Assembly: GCA_964016885.1 (NCBI GenBank)
Contig: OZ024741.1
Span: 266,972,001-267,036,000 of the forward strand
Direction of reading: 5' to 3'
DNA from: Eledone cirrhosa
Taxonomy: Eukaryota
Length of the DNA: 64,000 nucleotides
Both the position numbers and the translations under genes were made by a program. How positions within the stretch are numbered: the first letter of the stretch is position 1; the number at the start of each line of letters is the position of its first letter. Shown one piece after another: positions 1 through 12,620 of the stretch. Under the pieces are notes generated by a model. The model saw nothing but the letters and a program-made list of their open reading frames with translations. It was not told the DNA's origin and made no database searches.

Positions 1-88
1 TTAGTGGGCTAGAGAGTTAGCAGAGCGTAAGCACGTCGGAAAGTAAGAAATCGGAGAATAGACCGTTAAAACATGTTTATTTAAAACA

Positions 89-128
89 GCACCTACGTAC
101 GTTTCGCCCAGTTGGGCTTCTCAAGGAC
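89..128 (-). ncRNA. Inverted copy of the family A hammerhead
   Basis: Reverse complement reads cc-TTGAGAA-gcccaactgggc-GAAA-cgtacg-TA-gg. Confidence 0.6.
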
Positions 129-277
129 ATAAATAATCAAAAGTGTTCCTTACATTGCTCGGAAAGAGTTTTTGGGGTTAAATCCACGTCAAGGTTCATT
201 GCTAGCAAAAATAGCTTGTTTTGATTTTGCAGCAGGTCAAGGGAGGTAACTCTGGCCGGTGTTAAGGCAGTCTTTCC

Positions 278-822
278 GCAGACGCAACCAGCATAATCGC
301 GAAATGACTGGGGAACATGCAGGACATGACATGCGAAATAACAATCGCACCACCCCGCGTGCTGTGGGTTGTAATGGTGCGAACGACAGCTGCGGTAGCG
401 TAGGTAACAACGTAGGCAGCAACAATGATAGCCTTACCGTGGGAAATAGACGGAACCGCGACAGAAATTGCAACTGCCGCGAGAGAGGACGCTGCCCCCT
501 TAGAGGATACTGCTTGACTGATAGGGTTATGTATAGATGCACTATAACTAGCCACAATAGCGTTAAACATTATATAGGGGCTACCTCCGGCCCGTTCAAA
601 ATTAGGTTTCGAACACATCTCCACTCTTTCACAAATAAAAAACTAAGACACTCCACTTCGCTCGCGGACTACATCACATCACTAAAGGACTTAAACATCA
701 GCTTCTCCACGCACTGGGATATTGTCGGCAGGGCTGCACCGTACAACTTCAAGAGGAAATGCGATCATGGAGCTCTAGCACATCATAAGTGCACCCCACG
801 AGCTCATCAACAGCAGAGCTGA
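278..822 (+). pseudogene. PLE linker and GIY-YIG endonuclease remnant
   Basis: ORF 259..822 contains CNCRERGRCPLRGYC (CxCx5Cx5C), then VMYRC...YIGATSGPFKIRFRTH...STSLADYI...W. It is homologous to the other PLE endonucleases in the window. Confidence 0.85.
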
Positions 823-1257
823 AACAGCGATAGGTTGTTCACATCGCTTAAAAATATCCTTCTTCAGATGGGTTAAGGATGAGGAGTGAAACTGTGCACC
901 GGATTTCCTGCAACAAGTCTTAACACCCGGCGGGCAGGCGCTGCAAAATAACACCCAGGAAACTATCCTTGCATACCAGACCCAACCTCAAACGACTCAA
1001 ACAAACAGATGCGGCAAAAAAAAACTCTCAAAATAAGCGTTGATTACATGCGTATCGACAATGGTAAGGTTGTAACCTCATCTCGTAGCGGATAAAAAAT
1101 TTTTTCCGGGAAAGACTGCCCTAACACCGGCCAGAGTTACCTCTCTTGACCTGCTGCAAAATCAAAACAAGCTATTTTTGCGAGCAATGAACCTTGACGT
1201 GGATTTAACCCCCAAAACTCTTTCCGAGCAATGTAAGGAACACTTTTGATTATTTAT

Positions 1258-1297
1258 GCCCTTGAGAAGCCCAACTGGGCGAAACGTACGTAGGTGC
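1258..1297 (+). ncRNA. Minimal type I hammerhead ribozyme, U3:A8 core variant
   Basis: cc-TTGAGAA-gccc aact gggc-GAAA-cgtacg-TA-gg. Stem III is palindromic and stem I is only 2 bp. Confidence 0.6.
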
Positions 1298-1352
1298 TGT
1301 TTTAAATAAACATGTTTTAACGGTCTATTCTCCGATTTCTTACTTTCCCACG

Positions 1353-1353
<1 letters not shown>

Positions 1354-1417
<64 letters not shown>

Positions 1418-1437
1418 ATATATAATATATAATATAT

Positions 1438-1494
<57 letters not shown>

Positions 1495-1808
1495 TATATA
1501 TATATAATATATATATATATATAATATATAATATATATATAATATATATATATATATAATATATATATATATATAATATATATATATATAATATATATAT
1601 ATATATAATATATATATATATATATAATATATATATATAATATATATATATATATAATATATATATATATATAATATATATATATAATATATATATATAA
1701 TATATATATATAATATATATATATATAATATATATATAATATATATATATATAATATATATATATAATATATATATATATAATATATATATAATATATAT
1801 ATCTATAT
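1354..1808. repeat. (TA)n microsatellite with TAA interruptions
   Basis: Directly visible. Confidence 0.98.
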
Positions 1809-1842
1809 AAGGATTACCATAAAACTAATCGGTGCGTCATCA

Positions 1843-3485
1843 ATGAAATCAACGATGCTGGGTTTAAAATCACATCTGATCTCAACATCCTGGACAGGAC
1901 CGAAACTCTGGACCCTATTTCTCCCCCACTTTACCCTGAAGGATCACAAATCCAATTTTCCGAACAACCCCTCTATTCGGCTCATTAACCCTACGAAGTC
2001 CGATTTAGGTAGACTTAGTAAAACGATTCTTGATAGAATTATACCTGAAATTAGAAGTTTGGCCCCTCTCGCACTGTGGAACAATTCTTTCGCGGTGATT
2101 GATTGGTTCAACGGCATATGTAACAAGGAGCATTGTCGTTTTATCCAATTCGACATCAACAATTACTACTCCTTCATCACTTTACCACTTCTCCTTAGAG
2201 CTATCAATTTCGCTAAAACACTCACAGTGGTTAAGGATTTCGAAGTTGATGTCATCCTCAATGCCCGTAAGTCGGTGATTAATTTCGACGACTCTATTTG
2301 GATTAAAAAATCCAATAGTACCCCCATTCGACGTGAGTATGGGCGCCAGTGTTTCTGCGGAGGTTACTGATCTTATCGGCCTTTTCCTTCTTTTCTCTAT
2401 CAAGGACGAATTCCCCAACGCGGGCGGTGGTTTGTACCGTGATGATGGTCTTTTGACCATGACTAAGTGCGGAACTCGTGCTTGCGACAGATTCAGAAAA
2501 GAACTCACAGCGTTCTTTAAAGGCTTCAACCTCTCTATACAGGTTGAGGCCAATCTCTTGGTCGTTAATTACCTCGACGTTACCCTCAATTTATCGAATG
2601 GGTTGTATAACCCGTTTAGAAAGCCGAATGATACGCTTAATTACATAAGTAAGCATTCCAACCATCCTACCAGCATAACCAAGAACCTGGTAAGAAACGT
2701 TTCGTTGAGGCTTTCTCGTCTATCTACTAACGAGCATATTTTCAACGACCATTCCACTTATTACAATGAAGCTCCTGCTCGGAGTGGATTTGTCGATAAG
2801 GTAGCAATAGACCTAGAAGAAATAGATCCCGTCGCTTTTGTTGGTATAACCCACCGTATAATATGGAGGTGGCCACACCATTAGCTAATATCTTTCTTTC
2901 CCTTATTACGAAGCATTTTCCCCCTACACATAAATATAGTAAAATTTTTAAATTTCTTACTCTACGACTCCTAACCTTGCACATAACATCACAGCTTCAA
3001 ATTTAGCTAAACTACCTAGCCGTAGGAACACGTGCAACCCTGTAGTTAGTACTAACTGTAATTGTACGAATCGGTTTGATTGCCCCTTATCCGGGAAATG
3101 CCTCTCTAGTAACATTGTCTACAAATGTAAGGTTGAAACACCCACGTCCCGTAGGGCCTACATAGGGTTAACCGCCAATAGATTCAAGCAGCGTCTTTAC
3201 ATGCACACCCTTTCTTTTCGTTACCCTCTAAGAAGGAATATGACGTCACTTTCAGCTTATATCTGGAGTCTCTAAGACAACCACACCCAATATAACTTAC
3301 ACTGGGAGATCCTAGCTAGGGCTAGATCGTATAACGGAAATAAAAGACCATGTGACCTCTGCGCCGCTGAGGCCCTGGAAATACTCTACGCCACAGACCA
3401 CATCTTAAACAAAAAATCTGAGGGAATTTCGGCTTGTAAACATAAATTGCACAAAACTTTCCTGTATTACAGCCCACGTTATACC
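1843..3485 (+). pseudogene. PLE reverse transcriptase and GIY-YIG, with frameshifts and stops
   Basis: ORFs 1843..2370 (IRLINPTKSDLGRLSK, FIQFDINNYY) and 2333..2884 (MGAS, GLYRDDGL, NYLDVTLNL, SNHP). From about 3057 the frame reads CNCTNRFDCPLSGKC...IVYKC...YIGLTANRFKQR...CDLC...LNKK...CKH. Confidence 0.9.
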
Positions 3486-4428
3486 CTAACGGATAGTACG
3501 ATCTATACGTGGATATTTTACGTCTTGATGTGGGAGCTAAGTATATATTTTGTTTATACCATTATTTATTTGCATAGGTAAGTATATATTACCTGTATGT
3601 TTTGTGAAGGTACGTATACTTTCTCGTACGTATATTTGATTGTATATGTTATGGCGTATAATTTTATATATTCTGGTACATATGGTTTGGTTATGTGTAT
3701 ACGGGAGTTTTGCGTCTGTGTGAGTATACAGGTTCGTACGTATGTAGGGTGTGTGTATATGTGTACTACATGTTTTGGTTGACTTACGTCTCCGAACATT
3801 TGTGTATTTACATGTAGGTATGTGTGTGCGCTTGTTATATATGTATTTATTTATTTATATACGTTTATTTAATTATTTATTTATTTGTATACACGCGCAC
3901 ACACACACATATTTATATGTGCGTGGTTTTGTATACCTAAAATAAGTGTTTTCGCGTATGCTTGTATATGTACGTATTTGTATGCGTGTATGTATTTATT
4001 TAATTTCTATTATCTCTGTATTTATTTACTTTGTTCTTAACTCTGAAGCGGAGATTCATTCGGACTCCTAGTTAGAATTTTAGTCTACGACTTCAACTTT
4101 ACCATTCACGTGGTTTTGTCTTTGTGTGCAATTGTTCTCCACGCTCCACATATGACGTATTATCTTCGTATTTTTCGTTCATTGCCAGAGAACGTCTCTA
4201 TGAACCACCTAAGAGAACATTAGTCTACGACCTCTTTTATACCATAAACGTGGTTCTGTCTTTGCGCGTAATTGTTTTTCACCGCTCCTGTTAATGACGT
4301 ATTATATTCGTTATTTCCCGTTCTTTGCCAGGGAACGTTTCCACGAACCAAAGTATCGTCTTCCTGTCTTCCTCCGGTTGCAACGTTTTTTTAAATATCC
4401 GCTTCTGCGTTTACACATTGACTTTGTT

Positions 4429-4479
4429 AGTTTCAGAAGATCCCGTTAAGGGTGAAAGCAGCGATTCTTTGCTTAAACT
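4429..4479 (+). ncRNA. Hammerhead-like motif with CAGAAGA core (U4A)
   Basis: agttt-CAGAAGA-t ccc gttaa ggg t-GAAA-gca gcgattctt tgc-TT-aaact. All three stems form, and it lies about 20 nt from the element 3' end. Confidence 0.55.
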
Positions 4480-4599
4480 TTAATCTGTTATTTTAATAAA
4501 TATATATATATATATAATATATATATATATATATAATATATATATATATATAATATATATATATATATAATATATATATATATATAATATAATAAATAA

Positions 4600-5055
4600 A
4601 TACAATATCGGAGAAAGCTTTTTAGCGATACTCCGGCCAAATTCCAACTCACTCAACAAACATTAGGAAATAAGTGATTATATTCCCAATTATGTGTTCG
4701 GGGTGCTAACTAAAAGTATTGCGTGGAAAATTGGCTGTATTATTTCAAATGAGACATATCTAATATATCTCTTCCCAGACGGACGTCTCGTTTCATTATA
4801 GGACTCCTACAATTTGAGTGAAATTATACCAATTTATGTAGGAGCTTGTATACCATCAATAGATATATATTCAAGTGGGCTCCTATAATTCATCAGTGGG
4901 TGCCCCAATAATACTAATATTGATAATCTAACCAACATCAGCATTTAGCGATAATCACTTTCTGTGCCTGAGGTATCTGTCAGGTAGCCAGTCCAGCAGT
5001 TCTGAAAGAAGTGTTCGAACTGATTCAAAAAATGAGGAAGTGAATTACCGCCAAA
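4600..5055 (-). mobile_element. HHR-bearing non-coding repeat fragment, diverged relative of 61878-63246
   Basis: Shares blocks with the 62-63 kb repeat (ctcaacaaacattagg, ggggtgctaact, gtggaaa...tgtattattt). Flanked by (TA)n. Confidence 0.7.
4774..4900 (-). ncRNA. Type I hammerhead ribozyme with long branched stem II
   Basis: ccca-CTGATGA-attatagg...(ctcctaca/tgtaggag hairpin)...cctataat-GAAA-cg agacgtc cg-TC-tggg. GUC cleavage triplet. Confidence 0.85.
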
Positions 5056-5219
5056 AAAAATATAATATATATATATATAATATATATATGCAAAAGTTTT
5101 ATTTAAAATTGTTGGGTTACAACGAGTAAATATTTTATAACTGATATAAAGCACTCAACAAGTTTTGGAGTAGATATACGATATTAAACAAATGGAAACT
5201 ATATTTATAAAACCATATT

Positions 5220-5285
5220 TATTTCATTATACATATTTCAGGGATACCATATTAAAAATATGGCATGCCTTCTTCAGATAAAATA
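5220..5285 (-). ncRNA. Hammerhead, family C/G (copy in inverted head)
   Basis: Reverse complement of the motif at 8571-8636. Confidence 0.75.
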
Positions 5286-6070
5286 CAATATATAAGCAGT
5301 TTTATAAATAAATTTGACGTACCATAAATATTGTTCAACTTCCATTTAAAAAAGTTGGTTTGGTAGTGAAATGTTTGTAAATATTTAGTGTTAAGCACAG
5401 TTAAAAAGAAAGACGGAGAGAAGGAATAAATGTATGTAAAGAGAAACAGAGAGAGATAGAGAGAGATATGGGAGAGAGAGATAGTGAGGGGGTGAAAAAT
5501 GAGAGGCAGCTGAGGCAACAGATGAATAATAATAATAATTCATCATACAAATTGAGAGATTTAGGAGGGAGGGAGTACTGTAATTATTTATTTATTTATT
5601 TATTTAGTGATAGTGTTAAGGAGACGGAGAGAAATAAAAAATAAATAAAGAGAAAACAGCGATACTTAAATTTCATCATGTATAGAGGGTGGAGAAGAAA
5701 GAGTTATATCTAGAGAGAAGGATGACAGATTTATAACTTTACGTTATGTCCTATCAGTTTGAATTATCAATTCATATGAATTGGGTATTATAATGTAAAT
5801 ATCAATATTCATGAATGAGACATAGATATATAATGTGTGAAAAATAATGACCATATGTTTAGTTTAAAAATTCTTAGGTCGATATATCAAAAACTGAGAT
5901 AAAACTTCAAAAATACATAAGTATATATGTACTTTCCGGAAAAAAAAAAGAAAGAAAGAGAAAAAGAAAAAGAGAAGGTCATCTCAAGTTCTAGTTGACA
6001 CTATAGATATACACGTGAACTTACGTGATCAGCTCTGTAATTTCTTATTTCACATGAAAAAATTTTTTTA

Positions 6071-7247
6071 TATCGTGATGACATGCTTTTACTTATTGAA
6101 AATAATAACTCTGAACTAAATAGAAAAAGAAAACAAATTATACAATTTTTTAATTACCTTAATCTAAAAATAGAAATAGAGAATAACCATAGAATAGTCA
6201 ATTTCCTAGATGTAACACTAAATCTCAACACATGTCTTCACTATCCATTTCACAAACTAAATGAAAACTTGAATTATGTCAGTTTTAACTCTAATCACCC
6301 CAGATCTGTTAAAAATACTATAGTGAACTCTGTTCAAGAACGTATCTCAAGAATTTCATCTAATAAAAATATTTTCGACGAAAAAGCGCAGTATTACAAT
6401 GAAGCGTTAGCTAGAGCAGGATATAGTGATAAAATTATGTACATTGATAATAATAGGCAAACTAACCAAAATAACAACAATTTTAATTACGGTAACAACT
6501 TTAACAACTATAATAGAAAGCATTACAATAATTTCAAAAGCCAGAAAAGAAATAGAACTAGAAATATAATATGGTTTGCCCCCCCCCCCCCCCTTCTCAC
6601 TAAATATTAAAACCCACATTGCTAAACTATTTTTTAATGCTCTTGACAAACGCTTCCCTAGAACACATAAATATCACTCAATTTTTAATAGACATACTAT
6701 AAAATTAACTTACTCGTCCACCAAAAATTTAGCACAAAATATTAACAGAATAAATAATAGGAATCTAAAACCTAGCCAAAATACCGATAATAGCCTAAAC
6801 AATATTCAATTAAACAACTGTAACTGTAGAAATAAATCTAAATGTCCGTTAAATAACAATTGCTTAGTTAAAAATATAATATACAATTGTAATGTTAAAA
6901 CTGACTTAAATTCTTTTAACTATGTTGGTTCCACCTCGACAGAATTTAAACTTCGCTATAATAATCATAAGAATTCTTTCACAGATCCAGGCAAAAAATC
7001 TTCAACTTCACTATCGGGCTTACTCTGGCAACTTAAACATGATAACGTTGGATATTCGTTGTTTTGGAATATAGTCTCAAGAGGGATTCCTTTTAATTCC
7101 TCATCTGAGACATGTGACCTCTGCGTGGAGGAGATATTCTTTATATTAAAATGTAAAAATTCCCTTAATCTAAGGAGCAATTTATTCAGTTGCTCCAGAC
7201 ATAGATTGAACTCAACGTTTAAATATAAATATAAATTTAAAATGTAG
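6071..7247 (+). pseudogene. PLE RT C-terminus and GIY-YIG, frameshifted at a poly-C run (about 6578-6593)
   Basis: YRDDML...NFLDVTLNL...SNHP, then IIWFAPP/PFS, then CNCRNKSKCPLNNNC, IIYNC...YVGSTSTEFKLRY, CDLC...LNLR...CSRH. Confidence 0.92.
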
Positions 7248-8570
7248 TATATTTAGTTAAGATATTTAATTAATTATGAAACCTGACGATAAATCTTTCG
7301 ATTCCTTCAACTTTTTCTTTTTAAACCTTCTTCATAAATATATACTAATGATGTAATTAAACTACTCTAAAATGTTGATGCTCCCAATCTATTAAATAAA
7401 TTTTACGCTAGATAAACTTCTATACTAAATATAAGAGCATCTGTAGAACAACAGGGTCTCCTAAATCTTTTCAATGATTTCTGCTAAATAAGTCTTGTTG
7501 AATAATTTTGGTTTTTTGTTTGTTTTTTATTCTGATTGCTTCTAATGAACTTGGCAATATATTGTCAGATAAATTGGAAGGGTTGATTTCTGTGGTTGAT
7601 ATGGTGCGCATACTGTATTTTTTTAAGGCCCTAGATACTCTAGGGAGTGATGAAAGTATTCTTAGCGTTTTGATATATTGATATCTGTTGTCTATTCTAT
7701 ACATGAACGATAATCATGTATGTGAGTGCAGGAATATTGATGTTAATATATATTTTTATGTATGTGTATATATGTATATATATATATATAGTAAAATCTT
7801 TTATAACGCAAGGGAAAATTTTTCCATGTGAAATAAGAAATTAGAGAGCTGATCACGTAAGTTCACGTGTATATCTATAGTGTCAACTAGAACTTGAGAT
7901 GACCTTCTCTTTTTCTTTTTCTCTTTCTTTCTTTTTTTTTCCGGAAAGTACATATATACTTATGTATTTTTGAAGTTTTATCTCAGTTTTTTGATATATC
8001 GACCTAAGAATTTTTAAACTAAACATATGGTCATTATTTTTCACACATTATATATCTATGTCTCATTCATGAATATTGATATTTACATTATAATACCCAA
8101 TTCATATGAATTGATAATTCAAACTGATAGGACATAACGTAAAGTTATAAATCTGTCATCCTTCTCTCTAGATATAACTCTTTCTTCTCCACCCTCTATA
8201 CATGATGAAATTTAAGTATCGCTGTTTTCTCTTTATTTATTTTTTATTTCTCTCCGTCTCCTTAACACTATAACTAAATAAATAAATAAATAAATAATTA
8301 CAGTACCCCCTCCCTCCTAAATCTCTCAATTTGTATGATGAATTATTATTATTATTCATCTGTTGCCTCAGCTGCCTCTCATTTTTCACCCCCTCACTAT
8401 CTCTCTCTGTTTCTCTTTACATACATTTATTCCTTCTCTCCGTCTTTCTTTTTAACTGTGCTTAACACTAAATATTTACAAACATTTCACTACCAAACCA
8501 ACTTTTTTAAATGGAAGTTGAACAATATTTATGGTACGTCAAATTTATTTATAAAACTGCTAATATATTG

Positions 8571-8636
8571 TATTTTATCTGAAGAAGGCATGCCATATTT
8601 TTAATATGGTATCCCTGAAATATGTATAATGAAATA
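8571..8636 (+). ncRNA. Type I hammerhead, family C/G
   Basis: tattttat-CTGAAGA-agg cat gccatatt ttt aatatggt atc cct-GAAA-tatgta-TA-atgaaata. Confidence 0.78.
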
Positions 8637-8743
8637 AATATGGTTTTATCAATATAGTTTCCATTTGTTTAATATCGTATAATATATATATATATAATAT
8701 ATATATAATATATAAATATATAATATATATATATATATATAAT

Positions 8744-8775
<32 letters not shown>

Positions 8776-8821
8776 CATTATATATATATAATATATATAA
8801 ATATATATATATATATACATA

Positions 8822-8854
<33 letters not shown>

Positions 8855-8901
8855 CATTATATATATATAATATATATATAATATATATATATATATAATA
8901 T

Positions 8902-9020
8902 GAAGGCGTGTGCCTGATTGGTTAGAGAATTGGATTCGCAATCGTAAGGTTGTAAGTTCGATTCCTGGACAGGGCGATGCGTTATGTCCTTGAGCAAGAC
9001 ACTTTATTTCACGTTGCTCC
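8902..9020 (+). mobile_element. tRNA-derived SINE fragment with CORE-like segment
   Basis: A-box-like tggttagag and B-box gttcgattcc (8956-8965), followed by tgtccttgagcaagacact, which resembles the CORE domain. Confidence 0.65.
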
Positions 9021-9277
9021 TTCTACCTGGAGTTGCGACCGATAGATAGTATTAGCAATTTGAAAGACCAACGGAAACATTGTTTCGTCGGTCCGATTTG
9101 ACGAAAGTCGATCGTTCCTTTATATATATATAATATATATATAAATATATATATAAATATATATATATAATATATATATAAATATATATATAAATATATA
9201 TATATGATATATATATAATATATATATATATAATATATATATATATACTATATCTATATAAATAATATATATATATA

Positions 9278-9347
<70 letters not shown>

Positions 9348-9393
9348 GTATGTAATATATATGTATATATATAATATATATATATATATATAA

Positions 9394-9425
<32 letters not shown>

Positions 9426-9457
9426 AATATATATATATAATATATATATATATATAA

Positions 9458-9688
9458 TAAAATAACAGATTAAAGTTTAAGCAAAGAATCGCTGCTTTCA
9501 CCCTTAACGGGATCTTCTGAAATTGAGTTTCAGAAGATCCCGTTAAGGGTGAAAGCAGCGATTCTTTGCTTAAACTTTAATCTGTTATTTTAATAAATAT
9601 TTGCTCTACGGTTTTTATATATTTGATATATATTTTCCTTATCGAGCCCTCTTTGGATTTTAGTCTTCAATTTTATTATTATTACTAT
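9458..9688. repeat. Palindromic pair of family B 3' ends (two divergently oriented HHR-like motifs)
   Basis: Arms meet at tcttctgaaa-ttgag-tttcagaaga (centre about 9525). The sequence matches 4429-4500. Confidence 0.85.
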
Positions 9689-9712
9689 ATATATAATATA
9701 TATATATATATA

Positions 9713-9746
<34 letters not shown>

Positions 9747-9752
9747 ATATAT

Positions 9753-9815
<63 letters not shown>

Positions 9816-9935
9816 AATATATATATAAATATATATATATAATATATTATATATATATATATATAAATATATATATATACATAATATATAATATATATAT
9901 ATAATATATATATAAATATATATATATATATAAAT

Positions 9936-9966
<31 letters not shown>

Positions 9967-10110
9967 ATATATATATATATATATAATATAATATATATAT
10001 ATATAATATAAATATATATATAATATATAATATATATATATAATATATATATAATATATATATATTAGATATATATATAATATATATATATATAATATAT
10101 ATATATATAT

Positions 10111-10141
<31 letters not shown>

Positions 10142-10460
10142 ATATATATATATATAATATATATATATATATAATATATATATATATATAATATTTATAT
10201 ATATATATATAATATATATATATATATATTATATATATATATTATATATATATAATATATATTATATATACATATATAATATATATATATATATTATATA
10301 TATATATATTATATATATATATATAATATATATATATATATAATATTTATGTATATTATATATATATATAATATATATATATATATTATATATATATATA
10401 ATATATATATATATATATAATATATATTATATATATAATATATATATATATAATATATAA

Positions 10461-10903
10461 TACGATATTAAATAAATGGAAACTATATTTATAAAACCAT
10501 ATTTATTTCATTATATATATTTCAGGGATATCATATTAACAATATGTTATGCCTTCTTCAGACAAAATACAATATAGACAGTTTTATAGATAAATAGATT
10601 TGACATGCCGTTCAACATCGACTTGTATTTGAAAAAGTTGATTTTTCAAATACAAGTCGATGTTGAACGGTATGTCAAATCTATTTATCTATAAAACTGT
10701 CAATATTGTATTTTGTCTGAAGAAGGCATAACATATTGTTAATATGATATCCCTGAAATATATATAATGAAATAAATATGGTTTTATAAATATAGTTTCC
10801 ATTTATTTAATATCGTAAATATACTCCAAATACTTGTTGAGTGCTTTTATATCAGTTATAAATATTTACTAGTTGTAACCCAACAATTTAAATATAACTT
10901 TCC
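10461..10903. repeat. Palindromic pair of family C/G 3' ends, with HHRs at 10504-10569 (-) and 10709-10774 (+)
   Basis: ~175-bp arms around gaaaaa-gttga-tttttc (about 10640). HHR reads tattttgt-CTGAAGA-agg...cct-GAAA-tatata-TA-atgaaata. Confidence 0.85.
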
Positions 10904-10936
10904 ATATAATATATAATATATATAATATATATATAA

Positions 10937-11025
10937 TTTGCCTTTCATCCTTACGGGGTCGATGAAATAAAGTACCAGTAATTTACTGAGTAATTGCTGG
11001 CCTTGTGCCTAAAGTAGAAACAATT
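10937..11025 (+). mobile_element. SINE body fragment (octopus-type)
   Basis: ctttcatccttacggggtcgatgaaataaagtaccagt...gctggccttgtgcctaaa. The same motif follows a tRNA-like head at 17885-18008. Confidence 0.6.
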
Positions 11026-11086
11026 ATATATATATATATATATATATATAAATATATATATATAATATATATATATATATATAATA

Positions 11087-11313
11087 AAATAACAGATTAA
11101 AGTTTAAGCAAAAAATCGCTGCTTTCACTTTTAACGGGATCTTCTGAAATTGAGTTTCAGAAGATCCCGTTAAGGGTGAAAACAGCGATTCTTTGCTTAA
11201 ACTTTAATCTGTTATTTTAATAAATATTTGCTCTACGGTTTTTATATATTTGATATATATTTTCCTTATCGAGCCCTCTTTGGATTTTAGTCTTCAATTT
11301 TATTATTATTACT
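11087..11313. repeat. Second copy of the family B palindrome
   Basis: Near-identical to 9458-9688. Confidence 0.85.
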
Positions 11314-11339
11314 ATATATATAATATATATATATATATA

Positions 11340-11486
<147 letters not shown>

Positions 11487-11568
11487 ATATATTATATATA
11501 TATATATATAAATATATATATATATACATAATATATAATATATATATATATAATATATATATAAATAT

Positions 11569-11603
<35 letters not shown>

Positions 11604-11878
11604 AATATATATATATAAATATATATATATAATATATATATATATATAATATAATATATATATATATAATATAAATATATATATAATATATAATATATAT
11701 ATAATATATATATATAAGATATATATATAATATATATATATATAATATATATATATATATAATATATATATAATATATATATATATAATATATATATATA
11801 TATAATATTATATATATATATATATAATATATATTATATATATATATATAATATATATATAATATATATTATATATAT

Positions 11879-11914
<36 letters not shown>

Positions 11915-11931
11915 ATATTTATATATATTAT

Positions 11932-11980
<49 letters not shown>

Positions 11981-12057
11981 TATATATATAATATATATTA
12001 TATATTATATATATAATATATATATATATAATATATAATATATATAATATATATATA

Positions 12058-12253
<196 letters not shown>

Positions 12254-12279
12254 TATATATATAATATATATATATATTT

Positions 12280-12504
12280 ATTAAAATAACAGATTAAAGT
12301 TTAAGCAAAGAATCGCTGCTTTCACCCTTAACGGGATCCTCTGAGTTTCACAAGATCCCGTTAAGGGTGAAAGCAGCGATTCTTTGCTTAAACTTTAATC
12401 TGTTATTTTAATAAATATTTGCTCTACGGTTCTTATATATTTGATATATATTTATCCTTATCGAGCCCTCTTTGGATTTTAGTCTTCAAATTTATTATTA
12501 TTAC

Positions 12505-12506
<2 letters not shown>
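12280..12506. repeat. Third copy of the family B palindrome, with an altered centre
   Basis: Centre reads gggatcctctgagtttcacaagatccc. The arms match 9458-9688. Confidence 0.82.
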
Positions 12507-12535
<29 letters not shown>

Positions 12536-12620
12536 TATAAATATATATATATAATATATAATATATATAAATATATATAATATATATATAAATATATATA
12601 TATAATATATATATAAATAT

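Larger units (their letters stand above)
33..1353 (+). mobile_element. Penelope-like element, family A: 5'-truncated, with an inverted copy of its 3' end at its head
   Basis: 33-277 is the reverse complement of 1109-1353, with a few substitutions. Between them lies a GIY-YIG-type coding remnant. The 3' end abuts (TA)n. Confidence 0.85.
1809..4500 (+). mobile_element. Penelope-like element, family B: 5'-truncated and degraded
   Basis: Frameshifted RT and GIY-YIG remnants, then a long 3' UTR containing a ~135-bp tandem duplication (about 4081-4350) and a terminal HHR-like motif. Flanked by (TA)n on both sides. Confidence 0.88.
5089..8680 (+). mobile_element. Penelope-like element, family C: 5'-truncated, with a ~0.9-kb inverted head
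   Basis: About 5177-6066 is the reverse complement of about 7817-8680. The coding remnant begins at the YRDD motif and is closely similar to the ORF at 58416-60653. Confidence 0.92.

Noticed and set aside
1-40. Possible SINE tRNA-like head
   Set aside because: Too short and interrupted by the PLE, with no B box visible.
4038-4075. ctgaagcggag...ctcc motif resembling a hammerhead start
   Set aside because: There is no GAAA box or stem III after the hairpin.
6066-6082. PLE truncations near the YRDD codons (also about 53975)
   Set aside because: Only two cases, about ten codons apart, which is compatible with chance.
9058-9120. Possible hammerhead around gaaacattgtttc
   Set aside because: Hairpins are present, but there is no acceptable CUGANGA-type box on either strand.
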